From assembly GCF_022045235.1 (NCBI RefSeq), contig NW_027266269.1, forward strand, positions 38,998,001 through 39,062,000: a DNA stretch of 64,000 bases. The letters run 5' to 3'. The notes under the pieces are model-generated. The model worked only from the letters and a program-made list of their open reading frames with translations, did not search any database and was not told where the DNA came from. Made by a program: the position numbers and the translations under genes. This document shows positions 59,746 to 64,000 of the stretch, piece after piece. Source of the stretch: Haliotis cracherodii (Eukaryota). Numbering within the stretch: position 1 is the first letter of the stretch; every line of letters starts with the position of its first letter.

Positions 59746-62700
59746 AGCAACATCCACTTTTGATGATTTCTTTGAAGTGACCTTTGTGTGACTTTGGACA
59801 CTGTCACGTGACATTTGTGTGTTTATTGTGACTTTTCCAGCATTGGGTATTGCTACTTCAGCTTGGACATTGAATTCAATTCATGGACATTCTGAACATG
59901 TGAATCCCCATGATGTATCAATTCATCGTAAAAATGTTATATCCTTTGCTAGCTAGCATTGAACTTTAAATTTATTTTGTACCTGGCGCCAGTTCAATTA
60001 AGTTCTGTAAACTGTGACTTTGTTTACGTCACATATTTCGTATTTTGTTCATGTACTAAGTTTGTATTACAGTAGACTTCTTTGTCAGCTACTTCTCATT
60101 ATCCTTTTGGTACCAACATTGTCTACATAGCTACAGGTCCTTTTGTGATGTCCTGTGTTTAGTTTAGTTTAGTTCTGTTTGGTATTGTTAAGGTTAGCTT
60201 AGCTTAGTATATTTTTATTTTAGTTAGTTTACTTATATAACGGTACTCAGGGTGTATGTGTGTATGAAAATGGCCTGATTTCATTTCCACTTTCTCTCCT
60301 TGTTTAATAAAAAAGGTTAGCAAATACAAACTCATTGTATAAATAAAATGTAAGCTAAACATGTCTTAATTTACTGACTGTATGACGACAGACTTTTGCA
60401 CTTTCTTTGAACATTTCACCTTTTGTTACTAACATCCCCTTCCCCTCCCTCTGTGTTGTCTGTAGATACTAGATAGATAAATACATGACAAATCCATTGG
60501 CGGAATAAACGTCTCTCACCCATAGCGTGTGTTTGCCTATCACTCATTCACTGCCCTGCTACAAATATTATTCAGTTTTATTTCAACAAAAACGGGGAAA
60601 AAATCGGATCCTACTTATTTTGTGGACACCATAACAATATATCAAACTAACAGATCGTTTGAGCTGGCATGAATATAAAAAATAATTAGCAAGTCGATAG
60701 TCATAATTCCCTCTGTTGGTCCCACGTGAAATGTTCTTCATGAATACTGTAAATCATGAAATTAACGCAATAAAAAGTCAGCAAATTAATGCGATTATAG
60801 AACCCTGGCCATGACATTTATAAGAGTAGCCTTGCAAAAATCACTGAAGACTCACAATTCAATAATGTAGTATTGGCTGATAGACCTTCGACCGAATAAT
60901 ATCATTTGCTAACTTCAAATGTTCATCTAATTTCCATTTATGTACGTTACATAGTTAATATGTTCATGGGCTTCTTCACTGAATGTATAGTGTGGAGGAC
61001 TACTTCACTTGAGGATAAGTAACATAAATAATGATGATATTATTATGATATTATTGTCATTATTATTCCTTCAGATTATTAAAAAAAAGTTATGTTTTCA
61101 TATTAAACATAGAGAAAGAGGTGTGGAGATTGTGGAGATTATTTTTTAGCATCGGAATTGTTAATAAAAATCTTAAATGTAGTATGTTTTGTTTGTTCGT
61201 TGTTTAATGCAGCACTCAGCAACTTAAGGATATTGCAACATACATACATTGAGGTTCAGTTGTATTTTTAAATTTGTATTATTTTGCAAATGTTACAGAC
61301 ACCTGATAAGTGATATAATAATGTATAGTCGCTATTCTTAAAAGTAAGAATATGTTAGATTTATCAACTAGAAATATTGCACACTAAAAGGATCATCATA
61401 TTACATGACACTATTCTACGTCGAAGTCAACGATATTTGTGTATGCCATTGCTACATGATTGGTTATGACACGGATACGTCATGATAAAGCAATGAGAAA
61501 TTGTTGACGTTTGATTATACAAGATAGCTACGCAATAAATCGCAAAGAACAAAGAAGGAAGCGATATTTATTTCACGATAAAACATTGTTCTATCATGAC
61601 GTCATTTATGGAGATTCGAACATGTACTCGCAACTTGAGGACGCCGCAAATTTGACGTTATTTGTGAGCGGCAAGTGTCTAGTGAGATGTAACTGGGGAA
61701 GGTAGATAAACCTAGTGCCCGAACAATCACATCTGAAAGTGAGAGCGATATGACAATCGGTATTGGGAGAAAAGGTACAGATAATCGACGAGAAAATTGT
61801 GAGAAAATGCGGGTGAGACCAAATTCAAACCCTCCAGTTCATAAAAGGAATTTCTCTGGCATGGCCCCGGTCGGATTCCATTCAAGGAGTCATCATTATT
61901 TAAGTACGGGTAAATATTTTAATGCGTGTACTTTTAACATATCTCATATAGAAATAAACGAGTCGTGGTCGTTGTTTATCGTACAATAAACAACCACAAA
62001 CACATGCAAAGGCAAGCCAATTGATCGACCAAAAAGGCAGAGAATTGCATCAGATATTATTTTGGTCGCGCACCAAACCTATACCTATATCTACGATATA
62101 CATGCTGCTCTTACTTAAAACAACTATTGGGTTAACAAGATACTTATATTAAAGTGCCATGCTTTCCTGATGTGCTATCATTCTAATTTGAAATAGTGAT
62201 ATAAATAGTTAACACTCATCTTTCAATATTTTTCAAGGTTGGGTTAATCACAAACATATTTGAATATATACAACAGCTATACTTACTTATCTTTATACTT
62301 AAAGGCATCAGGTTTGTCTGCCACATTTGGACCCCGAAACAAATATGTCCAATACAGCCCAATATTTGGCAAAATGAAGAAAGTCTCTTGGCTCCTTTTT
62401 ATTATATCTATTACTATTGTTTAACAACTGTTTTTTTTCTCTGTAAAATACACTACTGCCGAGAAGTTCATTCCCCTAACACGCGTTAAATACACGTGTA
62501 CCAAGCATGTGACACGGGTGCTCAACGGGTTGCACACACATGTGCCATGCATGTAACACGGTCGAGTTTCAGTTGAATTTGACAAATATATCAAATGAAT
62601 AGTGAGGAAAAACAAAACAGTGAGATGTGAATCTTGAGTTAATGAGGAGCCATTGACCTGTGTTCACCAGACCATAAACACAAGGTCGACCCGTCTTAAT

Positions 62701-63221
62701 TAGTGTTCGGTTGCTGGACTTTTATGGCATGAACCATTCCACTAGGGTCCAGTCTAGCCATTGTGGCTAGCCGAGAGTAGAACAGTACTGAATTTAGATG
62801 AGAGTTTATTGCTAGGATAACCCCCGAGTTGACACGGTTGTCGCGGGTTGGTAAATGATCACCATTAATAAAGTGATTGTTTGTGGATTGCGGATATATT
62901 CGTTTTGAATGGGGCACTAATCTAAAGCAATTCCCCGGAGCTGGTTGTTGCCTTTGTTATTGTTTTCCCCCGTGAGTACCCGGATGATATAGCAGAAATC
63001 TAGACTAGTTCGCGACTTGTGCTACGCAATTCGGAAGCGCCTTTGTCACTTTTATTGATAGTATAAGGGCGTATGGTTACATTGATCAACAAAATGAAAT
63101 ACATTTTTGGAAATAATAAGGACATGTAGGTATCTCTGTGGGTTATATATATTCACTTATTATATTCAGTTATTTCATAAATTGACTGAAAAATATGTCA
63201 ATCTGTATTGTTATGATAACG

Positions 63222-63386
63222 TTTTTGGTTTTGGTTTGTTCTTTTACGCCGCACTCAGCAATATTCCAGCTATATGACGGCGGTCTGTAAATAATCGAGT
63301 CTGGACCAGACAATCCAGTGATTGACAGCATGAACGTCTATCCACGCAATTGGGATCGATGACATGTATCAACCAAGTCAGCGAGT
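63222..63386 (-). mobile_element. SINE family A partial copy
   Basis: Similarity to other copies. Confidence 0.8.
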
Positions 63387-64000
63387 TATGATAACGAATT
63401 CCAAACATATTTTCATGTTTCAAGAGACTGAAAATGTTAGGATTAAAAGTACATTTCTATATTGTTTGGCTTCTTATCCTAGCATAATTAATCTATTGTG
63501 GTGCTCTAAAGCCCTGTTGGCCGTCTAAATCATTTAAATAAATGGACAGCATTTTCAGTCAAAATGAATGAAATATTTAGACATTTTTCTAAATTGCCTG
63601 ACAGAATCACATTTTACAAATTGGCTGTAATATATGCACGCTTACAGAGGAAAAGACTTGTGAAAACAACGTGAATAGCGCATCGAAGAACTTCCCAACC
63701 AAGACGTAGAGGAACAAGAATGAATCTGTTCAATGCCACAGCAAATGAAGGAAAACAAAATGCAAAAATCATAATAACAACCAACCAAATTTATATGTAT
63801 AATTTTGGGCAGCTTTCTTGTTCGAGGAATGTATCCCTGAATATCAACATAAAGGATAAACAACTGATCACTCAGTTTTTTTCAGGTGTTTCATATCGGT
63901 TTCAAGTCTCAAAGGTCAGTTGAAAAAGCCCGCGTGACAACTATTTTCATAATGTCCACGGTTCTTAAAACAATCCATTAGATAGATAGTTAGATTAAAA

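Noticed and set aside
62286-62400. Possible minus-strand exon ending at a gtaagt donor
   Set aside because: No convincing acceptor or recognisable peptide

Overview
Eukaryotic, AT-rich, repeat-dense window. The SINE families and protein family point to a gastropod mollusc, probably abalone (inference). Most of the window is one large minus-strand, multi-exon gene that runs off the left edge. From 5' to 3' (right to left) it has a candidate Cys-less I-set Ig exon (55813-56073; linkage uncertain), a truncated Ig pseudo-exon (~46530-46618), 33 intact thrombospondin type-1 (TSR) exons of 174-204 nt (46155 down to 3795, ~2,110 aa in total), a chitin-binding type-2 exon (3310-3504) and a second Cys-rich chitin-binding-like exon (2310-2498) that the ORF track misses. 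The last two exons form the '[11 protein letters not shown]...CPFGKFWNQ...CPxDKC...CRAYWxC...CC' tandem that I recognise from molluscan Pif/BMSP-like shell-matrix proteins. All exons are symmetric phase 1-1 with GT-AG ends. The TSR array shows 2-3-exon super-repeats, chimeric exons, long-range conversion tracts, decoy acceptor arrays, a rescued acceptor and two 5-Cys repeats. The introns hold a BEL/Pao LTR element, a DIRS element with ITRs and an ICR-like segment, a Tc1, nested Harbinger/piggyBac/Academ-like elements, Penelope-type hammerhead remnants, two SINE families and several minisatellites. A terminal exon of what may be a separate upstream gene lies at 56588-56820. Coordinates were counted by hand and may be off by a few bases.
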